A stretch of 60,731 nucleotides of DNA, filler included, from Basidiobolus ranarum (Eukaryota), in assembly GCA_040143965.1 (NCBI GenBank). It is 7 parts of 7 records of this genome, joined end to end, with 100 filler letters (N's around TTAATTAATTAA, not from the genome) between each part and the next. Parts side by side here need not be neighbours in the genome. Positions count along the whole stretch, not along the records: positions 34,805 to 43,391 come from JASJQH010007828.1; positions 43,492 to 52,073 come from JASJQH010007829.1; 5 more parts are not named here. The stretch is one strand, 5' to 3'. The notes below the pieces were generated by a model. It saw only the letters and a program-made list of their open reading frames with translations. It was not told where the DNA came from and did no database searches. Positions 38,608-51,109 of the stretch are shown here, piece by piece (the stretch's first letter is position 1; the number at the start of each line of letters is the position of its first letter). The position numbers and the translations under genes are program-made.

Positions 38608-39181
38608 GGACGGCATCCATCACGTTAGACGCGGGGTCCTACTGCACTATTGTAAATCAACTAATTGGTTACCAAATTCAAACGATTGTAAATGTGAGCC
38701 ATACTGTAATCGATATTTGCATTTTCATATATTATTAAACCATCTCAGCTAAACTTGAACGATAACAACACACTCCATTTCAAAATGTGTCAACGTTCTT
38801 CAACCTGCATAATCTGTATTTACCATTTTGAGGTTCCATTCGTTCGGTTAAATTCAGTAATCTTCATAAAATATTATCCGATCGATCTACATTTATAGTC
38901 AATATTTCCACCACCCAAATTAGCAAAGTGGAATTCCACTTTATGGTGGAATAGTAGATATGGACTGGTGCTTAGGCTTTCCACATATTATGTTACACAC
39001 GATTACTGGTACTTCTTATTGAAACGAATCAACCCAATTGCCTCGCCTCTCTAGAAAAAAGTAATGTATAAAAAGTAAACATAATTTCTCACAACCAACA
39101 TATAGGTCCTTGGAGAATATTTTCGCTTTTTCTTACCGAAGCCGTGTATAGTATCTGCCTTCGAACTTCAATTTGCTAGAA

Positions 39182-39636
39182 ATGTTGAAGCAAATGAATT
39201 TACAGTACATCCTCAATCCTCCGAATGAACTCCTAAACAATACGAGACTCTATTACAAATCACCACCATACGGAGGGAAGTTTAAAAGAATATACCGTTG
39301 CAAACATCTGTGCTGTGATAAAACCTTTTCAACTAGTTCTGATCTTAGTCGACACCGACGAATCCATACAGGAGAGAAACCATACAAATGCTCTTGGGCT
39401 TCTTGTGCACGTAGTTTTGTTCAAAGTACAGCTCTTTCGATACATTACCGAACACACACAGGAGAGCGCCCGTTTTCATGCGAACACATGGGGTGCACAA
39501 AAGCATTTGGAGATGTAAGTGTTATTCATTGAATATGTATTTACTCCACTCGCTAACATAATATGTATCTTAGTTATCTACGCTTAATCGGCATAAAAAA
39601 GTCCACAAGGAGGCTACAACCTTAAGCATATCTTAG
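39182..39636 (+). CDS. C2H2 zinc-finger transcription factor with 3 fingers, tandem paralog; exons 39182-39514, 39574-39636
   Basis: Same finger sequences ([18 protein letters not shown]), same intron position after FGD, N-terminal MNLQYILNP. The start may be 39194. Confidence 0.88.
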
Positions 39637-40741
39637 ACCCAAAAAAAATGATATAACTAACGGTTTTGATGTAACATCTTATACATTAATATCCATATTT
39701 ATTCTTCATGTATATTGAAGAGGTGGTGATTTTTATCGAATACCCCTTTTGCCCCATAATATGTACGAGATTTCAAATCTTTCACATTGCATGTACAAAC
39801 ATGGTACTTTTAATCCATTCATTTTCCCAATTCTTAGAAAGTAGTTCCCAACTCCGGAAATATTTGTGTCCAATTTTTACAATGTACAGTGAATCAATTT
39901 TCATTACTTTTCTTTTTGTACAAATAGCCGAGTATGTTGATTAAGCATGTAGGTTGATTCTCTTGTACTATATTTCACGTATAATTCTGAATCCTTATTC
40001 TCACGCGTGGAAATAAATCCCAACAACCCACCATGCAACTAGTTCTGGAGTTGCTGGATATTCCATTTTAATATCCAAATAGTGACTCTCCAACTTAATA
40101 TTGCTTCCTAATGTACAATTGGCTCGGCCACATGGCTTCTTGATTGATTGCGTAGATATAAAATATATAAATAGTTCACAGACTCCAATCAGCCTTGCGA
40201 GACCACAACAAGATCCAGCCAGTATGGCTGGGTAATTACTGCCCCTATATTGCATAAGCTTAGGATAAATTGACCTGAGTAGCTTCAAGAAATTCAGTTT
40301 ATTTAAGGTACGACAGTACGTATAAATAAGCATATAGTAATAAATAACGGATGATACTCTTCATAATGTAAGCGAAATAAAGGAAATATAAAATTAGAAA
40401 TGGGAAAAAGATTTCTTGATATTGATGAAGGAGGATTGAAAACTAATAAATCGTCAGAGAGCAGTATGAATTTCTTCCTAGGGAACGTTAGAAAAGATAG
40501 AAAGGAAATGATAAAATAGAAAACGGTTGCCAAAATGACCAAAGAATTCATTCTGCAGGCTCATCCAGACATATGTGATATACGGACGTTCATACACAAC
40601 TAGAACTGTAGTGAAAAATCGTACATTTCTCTCAAAATTGAACCTCTAGGTAAATGAACTTCGCGATAGACGGTATCTGTAAATAGATCAAATATCAAAC
40701 AAGAGTATTACTTACAAACAACATATTGCAACTCTCAACAT

Positions 40742-41620
40742 CTACTGATCTGTTAGAATACGATGAGCTTCAGCAAGTTGATTCTCAAGAGTTTGAATAC
40801 GTATTTGAAGCTCTAGCTCCTTTTGTCGTTGATATTTTTTTTCACTTTCCAAGATAGCGACTTTAGTGCTAAGTTGTGTATTTTCAGTTAGAAGTTCGGA
40901 CGTACGCTTATCCAATTCGTTGAGCTTCTCAGTCTTTCGCTGACGGGATCGTCTAGCAGCATCTGTGTTTCTCTTACGCTTGGTAGCAGTTTCATCAGTC
41001 ACGTTTTCATCAGAGTGACTACGTTTGTTTGATTCTGAAACAGTGGAGGCGACTTGGGTAAAAGAATCTTGAGAAATATGCTTCGAAAGAAGAGGGCTTG
41101 CACGAGGAGTTTGGGCGGGAGAGGGGAGCTGGATGTTCACAGGAGATGGTTGTTGCGAAGCGTAGTTCACATAGGTAGGAGATGTAAGCGAATCGTATGA
41201 AAGAGCTGAGATGTCACCAGTGGACATCTCTGAAAGGAAACCCATATGGCTCATGCATTCTGGAGAAGGAAAGCTACTGAGCATAGAGTCATCAATGAGA
41301 GATGCATTGAAGATATCCAAACTATCCATGGGCAGACTGAAAGGATCACTAATAGGAGTGATTTCAAAATCGCCAATGGGATGGATCAGCTTGCTACATG
41401 ACTGAGTAGCTACTCCATTATAGTCATTAGCGAGCCACTCGTCGAAAAAAGATAGTTGTTCAATCTCTTCGGGAGTAGGTGCGCTAACGGCCAAGCCCTC
41501 AAGAGAGGGAAAGAATTGAGCAGTTTCACAGGTGGTAGAGGTATTCATATAATGGACTGATGATGAGACTTTGGCGGTATTTGGGATAGCGGATTCAATA
41601 GGAAAAGCGGTAAGGGACAT
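40742..41620 (-). CDS. GCN4: GCN4/CpcA-like bZIP transcription factor (general amino-acid control), intronless
   Basis: Basic region KRKRNTDAARRSRQRK followed by a leucine zipper; acidic activation region with FFDEWL; upstream uORFs. Confidence 0.8.
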   Translation of the reverse strand: MSLTAFPIESAIPNTAKVSSSVHYMNTSTTCETAQFFPSLEGLAVSAPTPEEIEQLSFFDEWLANDYNGVATQSCSKLIHPIGDFEITPISDPFSLPMDSLDIFNASLIDDSMLSSFPSPECMSHMGFLSEMSTGDISALSYDSLTSPTYVNYASQQPSPVNIQLPSPAQTPRASPLLSKHISQDSFTQVASTVSESNKRSHSDENVTDETATKRKRNTDAARRSRQRKTEKLNELDKRTSELLTENTQLSTKVAILESEKKYQRQKELELQIRIQTLENQLAEAHRILTDQ

Positions 41621-41737
41621 GTTGGAAGGGGATTTGACAGTGGTGGTGTATAAAATAATAATGAACTCAAATGTGGTAAAAAAGATAACTGGAAGAAGAT
41701 TTGACTAATTCTGACGGGTTAGCTTATAATTTCTGAT

Positions 41738-41941
41738 TCAACTTCGATAAGATGGTGGTTCTTCACACGGAAGGTATTCTGGGTTAGCGCGGTGGGGGAG
41801 GCATTGTTGCGTTGCTGTTATTTTTGAAAGGTAGACCATTTTGTTAGGGCTACTGGATGTTTGATAAAAAGACACGATTTAATATTGTTGAGAGATAAGA
41901 TGGGGCCACAATCTAATGATTTAGACCATGATGGAATCCAT
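41738..41941 (-). promoter_or_regulatory. uORF cluster in the 5' leader: uORF1 41941-41921 (MDSIMV*), uORF2 41839-41738 (33 aa), uORF3 41804-41784 (MPPPPR*)
   Basis: These contain the only minus-strand ATGs between about 42330 and the main ATG. The layout resembles GCN4/cpc-1 translational control. Confidence 0.7.
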
Positions 41942-43303
41942 GATGACAACAAAAGTAAAAGGTAGAAGGGTGTGTGGTATCAATAAAAAATACTTAATTA
42001 AAATAAGTATACAACTCAAAGGACAATAATTAACGAAAGCTGTTTATCGCAAAGGCGAAGAAATTAGTAATAAATATGAAAAAGATTCAAGGAGTATCAA
42101 TAAAATAAACCGGGAGGTCCCGACGTCAAGATTTCACCGTAAGGGAAAGGTGCAAAGGTGCGAAATGCAGATAACAAATCTTTATAGCTGAGTTCCGAGT
42201 AGAATACGAAAATTTCTTTTTTGTTGGGGTTCAATTTCACTGATAGTCACAGGGCAATCTTATCTAAGGAGATCTTGCAATAATACAAATTCAAAATCCT
42301 AATAAATAATCCAATGAAGGCAATAGAGAACATTAAACGAGAAAAAAAAGCCAAATGAATGGGGTAGTATGCGTTTCTCAGATAGTCAACAGTGATTGGA
42401 TTAAAACTCAGTTAGGTTTCACTGGTTTGCAGGTACTAACCTCTCCTTTGTAATGCAAAAGAGAGAGTCTAGTATGAATCCTGTTTCTCATAGATCGTCT
42501 CTGGCAATATGGTAATGAGTGTTCAGCTATACAAGTAAGAGCATGGTACTATGATTCTATAGGTAGGGGAGGGAGTACTTGTTGTAACTGGAAACTCACA
42601 CTAGAGAGCGGTCCCGAAGCCTACTAGGAAGTAGTAGACCGATTGGCTAAGGGGAAAGTGAAATTAAGTCCGTATCTAATCCAAAATAGCATTGCAGGCT
42701 TCGAAATACCGGTTGTGCCATTAGTCGTAAGTTGACGCTTAGATAGATCCTACTAGGCATCCTGCTTCATTGGATAAAGGTGATATAGGATTCTGTACAT
42801 TCCATTTTAAGAGTATTACTCAATATAAGTCGTACGTAGTTGAGACCACATTGGTAAAAATTATGTAGGAGATTAGATAACTACTGATCATGTGTCTTCA
42901 GCACCACTGGTGAACAATAGTTGAGTGATCTATGAAGGCCCAGAACTACTCGTCAAATGATGCAATTCTGAAGGCGGCAAGGGCGCTGAAGTAGATTCAT
43001 GATGAAATGAACTAGTTTCACGCCCCCTCATAATTGGTGATAAGAAATAATCAGTGTAACCAACTGAACCTCTGGGAAACAAATCTTACCATATCGGACT
43101 TGGCAGCAAACCTGGGTTTCTCATTGCCCAAATATCCATGCTCTACCACTGCTTATATCTCCATAGAATCCATTTCATGCTAGGATTACTTAACACTCCG
43201 CCCAATGAAGATACTTTCCTCTTTTGGCCACATCCTGCACGTTTGACAGATAATTTAAGCTACGACTTCACATCAAGTTGAGTGAGGTTGAATGAGTTCT
43301 GTC

Positions 43304-43330
43304 ATATATATATATATATATATTTATATA
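43304..43330. repeat. (TA)n microsatellite
   Basis: atatatatatatatatatatttatata. Confidence 0.8.
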
Positions 43331-43391
43331 TTGGTTTTCTGTATTGGAGCTCAGTTCTATTTAGGGCTTGCGCGCAATGGGCACTCTACTC

Positions 43392-43491
43392 NNNNNNNNN
43401 NNNNNNNNNNNNNNNNNNNNNNNNNNNNNNNNNNNTTAATTAATTAANNNNNNNNNNNNNNNNNNNNNNNNNNNNNNNNNNNNNNNNNNNN
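43392..43491. other. Artificial contig linker
   Basis: N44-TTAATTAATTAA-N44. Confidence 0.98.
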
Positions 43492-46400
43492 AGCAGCTCT
43501 GAAATTTGGAATCTTTTGGTATGCTGGTTTTCCTATGAGATTTCTACTTTCATGTGCCCAAGCAATATTGGGTTGTTGTAGAGGCTAAGTGATCCAAAAC
43601 AAATCTGTGTTGCTAGATTATTATTCCAATGTTCCTATGTATGGTGTGGGATTGATTGAAACCCCATATGAGAACAAATAGAGGGAGCAGCATGTTGTTG
43701 TAGCTCATGCACAGGATTCTGAGGATGTTGTATTATTATTGAGTGACTCTCTAAGCATTGACTAGCTGCTTCAGAATGCTGCATATATTGCAATATTGAA
43801 GTGTTATTGCTTATCATGGCCTTTAGAGCAATTTTGTAGTTTTACTAATGATTATATACAAATCATTATGGTTCTCTGCCTGATATTTGCTTGTGTAATA
43901 ATCAGACTTGTCCCATTTGCAAAGGCTCCTGCATTATGAAACATCCATAGTTTTAGCAAACTGGTGGCCAATCACAGCGCATGATGATGGAGCAATCTGC
44001 ATTATGATACTATTAATCAGGATTGCCTGATTCATCATTTTAAAATCAGTAAATTGTTCATTCAATCATGTAAGCTTCTATATGGATGAGAATATGAGCC
44101 AATTGACCCATATTGTGCCAATAAGGCTGCACAAGCTTTCATTGACAAAGGTTTTTCATTTATTTTGAGTGGAAATGCTTGTATTAATAGGTTAACGTTG
44201 ATATTTTTGATAATAAACAATTTCACCCCATCAGTGATTCATAAAGACATAAGTAATTGTGATTCCACTGAAGCAATTTATGCTGTGTTTAACTGTTATC
44301 ATTGCAATTGTTCAAATTGTGCTCAAGAGTAAAGATATGACAATACAAATATTAACAACAGCATTCAGCAGTTGCCCAGGTTTCAAGTGGTACTTGCAGA
44401 ATTGCTTTGGTTATTTTTGTTATCTGCTTGATATTTTCATGGGAGAAACTTTGCTTGAACCTCTGTGCTTGTAGGTTTGTTTCACTCTGCTTACATTCCT
44501 CTACCTTGGCCAGCATGAGATGTGGCCTGAGGTAAATATGCTGTGGTATTCATTGGCTTGTCTGGTCTATTTTTGGCTTGTTTATGTCCAAGTCTCTCCT
44601 TTAGATGTGAAACCTTCACCAAATTGGTCAACCAGCCATTTTTGCTTGTGCACAGTTCTATATGTCAACCCAGAATGTTTCCATTGAGTTTTGTGCTAAG
44701 CAGTAATTATTGCTTCTTCAGCCACAGTTGAAGCTTCATCTCTTATGACTGGCAGTTGCTATGATTGCATGGCAGTACATGTTGGAGCATATTATCTACC
44801 TTGAGGTTTGTGTTTGGCAGTTCTTGCCTCTTCAACCATAGTAGAAGCTTCATTTCTTTCAGCTAGCAAAGAACTCTGTCACATGGCAGAACATGTTGGA
44901 ACATACAGGAACTTATTGTCTACTTTGAGGTTCATGTTTGACTGTTGTGGTTTCTTCAAGCTCAGTAAGGGCTTCACTATCTATATCTCACTCCTGTTGT
45001 CTTGGTCTCATGGGAGTAAACTTTGTAACAAATTGCTATCTTAATAGTTTGCTTTCAGGTGTGAAATCTTCATCTGGCAAAGTGGATGGTTCCATAACTC
45101 TGGCAGTTGGCCTTTGTTGCTGTCATATGGTAATACATACTCAACTGGTAAGTCTGTCTGGTGGCACACTGCTTGGAGCTGACTCTTCTCCAGATGTAAA
45201 AAGCTCACTGGTTGGTTTGGTTGAATCAGGCAGATTCTGTGCAATACTGCATGGTATTGTGGGCTGTCCTCTTTGTGGTTCTTCATTTTCTGCTTCCTCT
45301 CCAACAAAAATGGGAAGAACATCACAACTTCTTCCAAGCTGGTTTTGCTGTTGAGGTGTACTGCTAGCTTATGAGCCAACTTGTTAGGCTCTTGCCCTTG
45401 TTGCAGGTACTATCTCAACTACAGTGGTGAGTTGTGTAGGCTCATTTTGTCACAATACGGAACTGGAAAAGGACTAGAAACAACAACAAGAGGCTAGAAG
45501 GCAGCAGGGTACTTTGGTGTAGACCACAAGACAACAGAAGTCTGGATGGGGAAGATACTTTGGCCACAATCTTTATTGATAACTGGTGTTCATCAGAATG
45601 AGGTCTGATCAAGAAATTCATGGAGCTTAATAGATATTGCAGGGTGAGACACAATATACTGAATAGGCAATATATTGAGGCAAGTTCAAGTGTTGAGGTG
45701 TTGGGGACTACAGGCACCAATACGCAGAGAGATGATGTAAGTATGATGTAAGTATGATCTGGATGATGTAAGGATGATCTGGTGACCTTCCAGGCAAGGT
45801 CTTGGTGGAAATACACTATGTGTGGGATGACATGATTGGTTAGGTTTCATTGAATGTTCCAAAGAACATTACTTCTGCATAAGGTAACCTGGATGAACTA
45901 ACACAAGCTTGCCAAGAAAGGATGGAACAGCAGATATGATGTCACAATCTAATAATAGAAGTGCTCAATTTGCAGTAGATGAGTATGCCAAGATCAGAAT
46001 CATGACATATCTTTTGAAACTGATACCTTGTCAGGAGTCTCTTCAATTTGAAGTGATCTATTGATTTTGTGACATGGTCTTGACTGCTTGAATTTGCCTT
46101 CGGAAATATCTTCTAAATCAATAAATTGTGTTGCTTTTCTCCTTACACCTCTGATGATTACAGTTACCATAATGTCCTGAAATATTGCTTTAAACTCTGC
46201 AACCTCCAGCATCAGTTGGTGTCCCCTCAAGTATAAACACAATTGGAATTGTGACTTTGCAGACTCAAAATCAAAGTTGTTATTTCTTTGTCCATATTTT
46301 CTATGCTCATGTGCTTTATTGTATAATTTCTTGCAGACTTTTGAAGGCATGAAAATATGGTCTTCTCTGCATAGCAGAGTCAAAAGTTGTTCCACTTTTG

Positions 46401-47550
46401 TCTAATATCCCCTTCCCCAGCTTGTGTTAAGTTGATCAATAATTCCCATATATATAAGCAAGAACTCATAGTGCATACTTTGGCATCTGTAAAATCATCT
46501 GGTCAACACCACCTACACTCTATATGACAGTGCACACAAAATTTTGGAAGTGATGGTTTCCTGTCCTAAAGTAAGTTGTGAATCAGGGGGAATCTGCATT
46601 GCCAAGATATGTTGCTAATATGTATATCAATGATGTTAGATTATATTGGTTACAATCAGAATTAGGGATATTTATATATTATTGGTCAAAATGTCAAAGT
46701 AAATTTCCTTTAGTGTGATCAAGCATAATGCATTCTGTATTGAGCTGTTTTGATATGTACATCTAACATATTGATCTAGATCAAACTATGATAAACTTTG
46801 TTGATGCAGTTTGCTACATTATTCCCATGCAATGAAACATAATTGAAATAATTAGGATAATTGATTCACACAGAAATTTTATCATTCAGAATGTAGGGAA
46901 TTTTACCATGATAATTGAAATTCTAGGAGAAATATTTCATTTGGGATGTAATGAACTATATCATGCCAGCTCAATACAAGATTAGTAGCATGTTCTCCAT
47001 CTACTCTAAATGGTCATTGCCAATTAGTTCAAAATCATCTACTGACTTTCCTATCTCCACCTTAGAAGCTATATTTAAGAAATACTTTGGCTCATATACT
47101 CCAGTACCTTCCAGAAAGCTGCTGGTCAATTTGTTTTGTTACTACAAAAACTTTTGACTCAGAGTTCAGTGCACTATTAATGGAATTCAAAGTGTAAGAA
47201 GCTATTCATACCAGGCTTCAACTGAGTGAGAATTATCTAGCTTCAGTGTTGAAAGATGTTGAAGGTGCCTGGGGCAAAAGATTTAGACACAACAATTTCT
47301 TTGCATTTCCTGGAGTATTTCCTAATTGAATTCATATCAGAAGTATCATTAAAACATTTCCTGTAGGAATTAACAGGTGCAAGAGCAACCAAAAGATATT
47401 CTCTTCAGGCAAATACAAAGCTCACTGTGAAAAGTTCCAGCCTTTGACAGATTTGGAAGGAAACATTGTTTGATTTGGTGGGCCACATCCAAGGAGACAA
47501 TGTGACAAAAGGCTTGGGCTGAGAAACATGCACCATCTAATTGAGATTGC
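43492..47550. mobile_element. Degenerate CpG-depleted repetitive element(s), class unresolved
   Basis: Near-total CG absence, broken coding-like frames, and an internal ~114-bp tandem coding repeat at 44678-44978. Confidence 0.45.
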
Positions 47551-47554
47551 TATC

Positions 47555-50500
47555 AATTAAAGCAAAAAACACATATTTTTCAATGTTAGAATTGAGTGCT
47601 AACTAATCAGAATATGAATAAATAACCACTCAATGATGAATTGCAATTTATTCAATTTCAGCATTTTCACTGAACCATTTATTTTGAAATTCCCTTAAAC
47701 CAAACTTACATCCTAATAATTCCCATTGTGCTTAGGCAAAGGTCTGGTCAAGATGTCAGCAATCAATTCAGTAGTAAAGTAATTGACATGTTTAATTATA
47801 TTATTTTTCATTGCTTCTCTTACAAAATGATACTTAGTATGTATACACTTAAATCTAGCATGAAATGTGAGGTTTTAGCCAATGGAATACAACAATGAGT
47901 TTCTTCAAATACAGTAATAGCATATTTGTGCATGTATCCTAAGTCTGTAAGTAACTTCCATAACTACATAGCCTCTTGTGTAGTTGCAGAGGCAGCCATT
48001 TACTCTGCTGCTGTAGTGGAAAGTACTGTGGTTAGCTGCTTCTTACTATTCCAAGTGATGGCTCCATTACCATAGAGAAAGGTGTACATAGTTGTTGATC
48101 TTCTATTATCAAGGTTTCTTCCCCAGACTGCATCACTATAGCCTTCAAAAGTGGCAAACTATTCTATAACTAGATCTGCAATTACTTTGGAATACTTGAA
48201 TATATGTTTTACTCCAGTTTTAAGCTTCAAACTTGGATTTTAACAATATTGGCTGATAGTTCCCACTGTTACAGCAATGTCTAGACACATTCCAACCATT
48301 ATATCTATTAAACTACGTACCATGGATTGATACAATAACTTCTGGTTTTGACTCTGAGTCACTTGAGGCCAAATTGGATCACATTTGATTAATTTCACAT
48401 TGGTATTCAGTGGTGTTGATACAGGGTGGCTATTCTCCATGTTAGAGTATTTTAGGATATCTAGGATGTATCTGGACTGAAACTACATGATTTTCAGAAT
48501 GGGTTTATCTCTTGATTTGGATTACAAGGAAATATCTAAATTCACCCATATCAGCCATCTCAAATTGGTTTGATAAGCTTTTTTTGTCTGATTCAATGCT
48601 TCTAAATCATCTGTGGCTGTGATCAAGTCTTCAACATACAGTGCTAAGATGAGAATCCCACATTCTGTTGTTTTCATACAAGTACTGTGATCTGCTGTGC
48701 ATTGTTGGAATACCTGTGATTCCAAAAAAAGCATCTTTCTTGCCATACCTTGCCCTGGGTGCTTGCTTAAGTACATATAGCAGTTTTTGCAGCTTACAGA
48801 CCATATCAGGGTGTACTGAGTCAAACAATTCAGCTGGTTGCTCCATATAGATCACTTCTTCATGATATCTACTCAGAAATGCTGCTTTTACACTTTTCTG
48901 ATGAAAATCAAGATTACAGATGGCTGAGAGTGCTAGGATTGATGCAATGTAGTACACCTTAGCTACTGGAGAAAAGGTTTATTAAAACAGCTCCTGGAGT
49001 CTGGGAATAACCTTTTGCCTCTAATCTTGCTTTGGATCATTGTGTGGTTCCATCAGCTTGGTTTTTGACTTTATAGACCCATATGCAGCAAATTAGCTTT
49101 CTCCCTGATAATAGAGGATTTAGAACCCGTGTTTTATAGTGTTCAAGCAACAAAACTTGTCAGACAATGGTTTTCCCATTTTGTTCATTCTGCATGTGCA
49201 GAGTTTGATGCAATGTCTGTGGCTTGTCACAGAATGCTGCATAAGCATATACATCATCATTTGAAGTGTTATACCTATTTCCTGGCTGATCTCTCCTTTT
49301 AGAAGATCTTTGAGGTCCTGATTAATCCTCAGATGTAGTGGGAGCTGGAATTTGGTTGTTTTGAGCTCAGAAGCAGGGGGAACTTTTGCACACACCTGCT
49401 GAATAGGTCTGATTGTGTTTTGCAGATCAAAAGCTGTGATTTACTGTGAAAAACTTGCTCTCTCATCAAAAATCACATCTCTGCACTTAGTTAACTTCTG
49501 ATCTTTGATATCAAACAGTTAGCAGACCTTAGAACCATCACAGTAACCAAGAAATAAGCATTTAGTCCTCTTGGGCTCCAATTACAGTATTGATGAGCTG
49601 GATTTAGGCAACTAGTTGATGCTACCCAAGATCTGGAGATGATTCACACTTTGTTTTGATTCATATAAGGCTTCAAATGGATTGGAATTTTGTAGCAATC
49701 TTGATGGGCATCTGTTGTTGATATTGACTGCAGTGGAGTCAGATTCAGCCCAATATTGGTGATCTATTTTTTGATCATATGCCGTTGATCTTGCCATCAC
49801 CATTCAGGCCCACCTTGCACATTCTGCAACTACATTTGCCAAAGAGTATATGGTAATGGAGTCTGTTGCTTATTTGCAGTCTTAAAAAAAAGCTAGCAAA
49901 GTCTTTAGAGCAGTATTGTGCATCATTATCCCTTTTTATTAACCTTATTTTAATTCTTTCTTTAACATTCTTTTGTGGTGCTTAAATATAGCAAAGGCTT
50001 CAGACTTTAATTTGAAACAGAATACTCAAGAATATATTATATGTTATCAATTAAGGTCATAAGGTATCTTTTCCCACTAAGTGGGATGTTTGTCATTGCC
50101 CCCAGAAGCCAGAATGAAACAGGGCAAAATTCTGATTAGATTTCTATTCCCCAGTGCCTGAAAAGGGTTGTCTGCAATGAATTTGCAACCTTCCCACAGA
50201 TCCAATTTAGTGATATTTTTGATATCTTAACTTGAAATAGGCTGATTTTGGATCACTTGGGACAGGTTTTTTGAGGGTTAGTATTGTTTAGATATGTGAT
50301 ACAGCACCCAGCCTTGCTGCACACAAAGTTTAGTCCTTGAGTTGTTGCTCGGCTTAATTGGAATAGATTCTTGGCTATATTTGATATTGATTACATCAAC
50401 CAATTTTGCAGATGGAGTAGTGGAATTTCAGTTTAAATTGAGCACAAGTATGCCCTTACCAACTGCATCTAGTGCTTAGTTATCATCCAAGCAGACTCTC

Positions 50501-51105
50501 CTTGCTTGGATTTGTTTTAAGCTGGAAAACCAATCTTTCTTGTTTGACATATGCTGGGAAGCCCCTTAATCACTATGCCATGTTTCTGAGTTTTCTTTGT
50601 TGGTTACTGATAGTGCAGACACTAAAAGATGATCCCTTTCAATGCTTACTTGATTTGCCTGTTCCAGTATTAGCTTTTTGGCAAAAATCCTTTTTCTGCA
50701 TTCTCTGATTAAAAAGGCTGGTTTCTTGCAACACTTGCAGATGATTGATTTCTTATTAGGTGTACTATTATTGAAGCCTGTTAGATGTTTTACAGCTACA
50801 TAAAATGTCAAATCTGTGTGAATTTGCCAAGAATTAGATTTCATTGATTCCTAATTCAAAGGTCTTACAGCAACATTTTCCATTGTTAATTGCTTTGATC
50901 TTAATTCTAGGGCAATGTTGAGGTTCACAAACTTTTCTGGCAGGCTGCCAAGTAGAGTGATGACTAAGCCATCTTCATTTAGAGGTGCTTCAATGGATGA
51001 CAGCTGTCCTGCCATAGTTTTTATTGGACTTATAACATTGAGCATATATCAACAAAGTTGATATGAATTGAGAGTAATTTTAACCTAAGATACAGCCTAT
51101 TTGCC
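47555..51105 (-). mobile_element. Degenerate near-complete Ty1/copia retrotransposon (gag-PR-IN-RT-RH plus partial 3' LTR 47555-47663)
   Basis: gag LNEDGLVITLLGSLPEKFVNLNIALELR; zinc knuckle CKCCKKP.....EC; integrase YWAESDSTAVNINNRCPS; RT VKAAFL...EEVIYMEQP...VCKLQKLLYVLKQAPR and LALYVEDL; RNase H ADILTRPLP. Domain order IN-RT-RH is diagnostic for copia. Confidence 0.9.
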
Positions 51106-51109
51106 AGAC

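Noticed and set aside
40001-40551. Two minus-strand ORFs (110 and 82 aa) downstream of the bZIP
   Set aside because: Low-complexity 3'-UTR/intergenic sequence with no domain signal.
41621-41839. Non-AUG or readthrough N-terminal extension of the bZIP (uORF2 is in frame with it)
   Set aside because: Two in-frame stops (TGA at 41740-41738 and a TAG 11 codons later) block a long extension.
44700-44900. Fanzor-type N-terminal zinc knuckle (CSNMYC...H.R.S)
   Set aside because: Arises from an alternative frame of a tandem repeat, and no RuvC motifs are found nearby.
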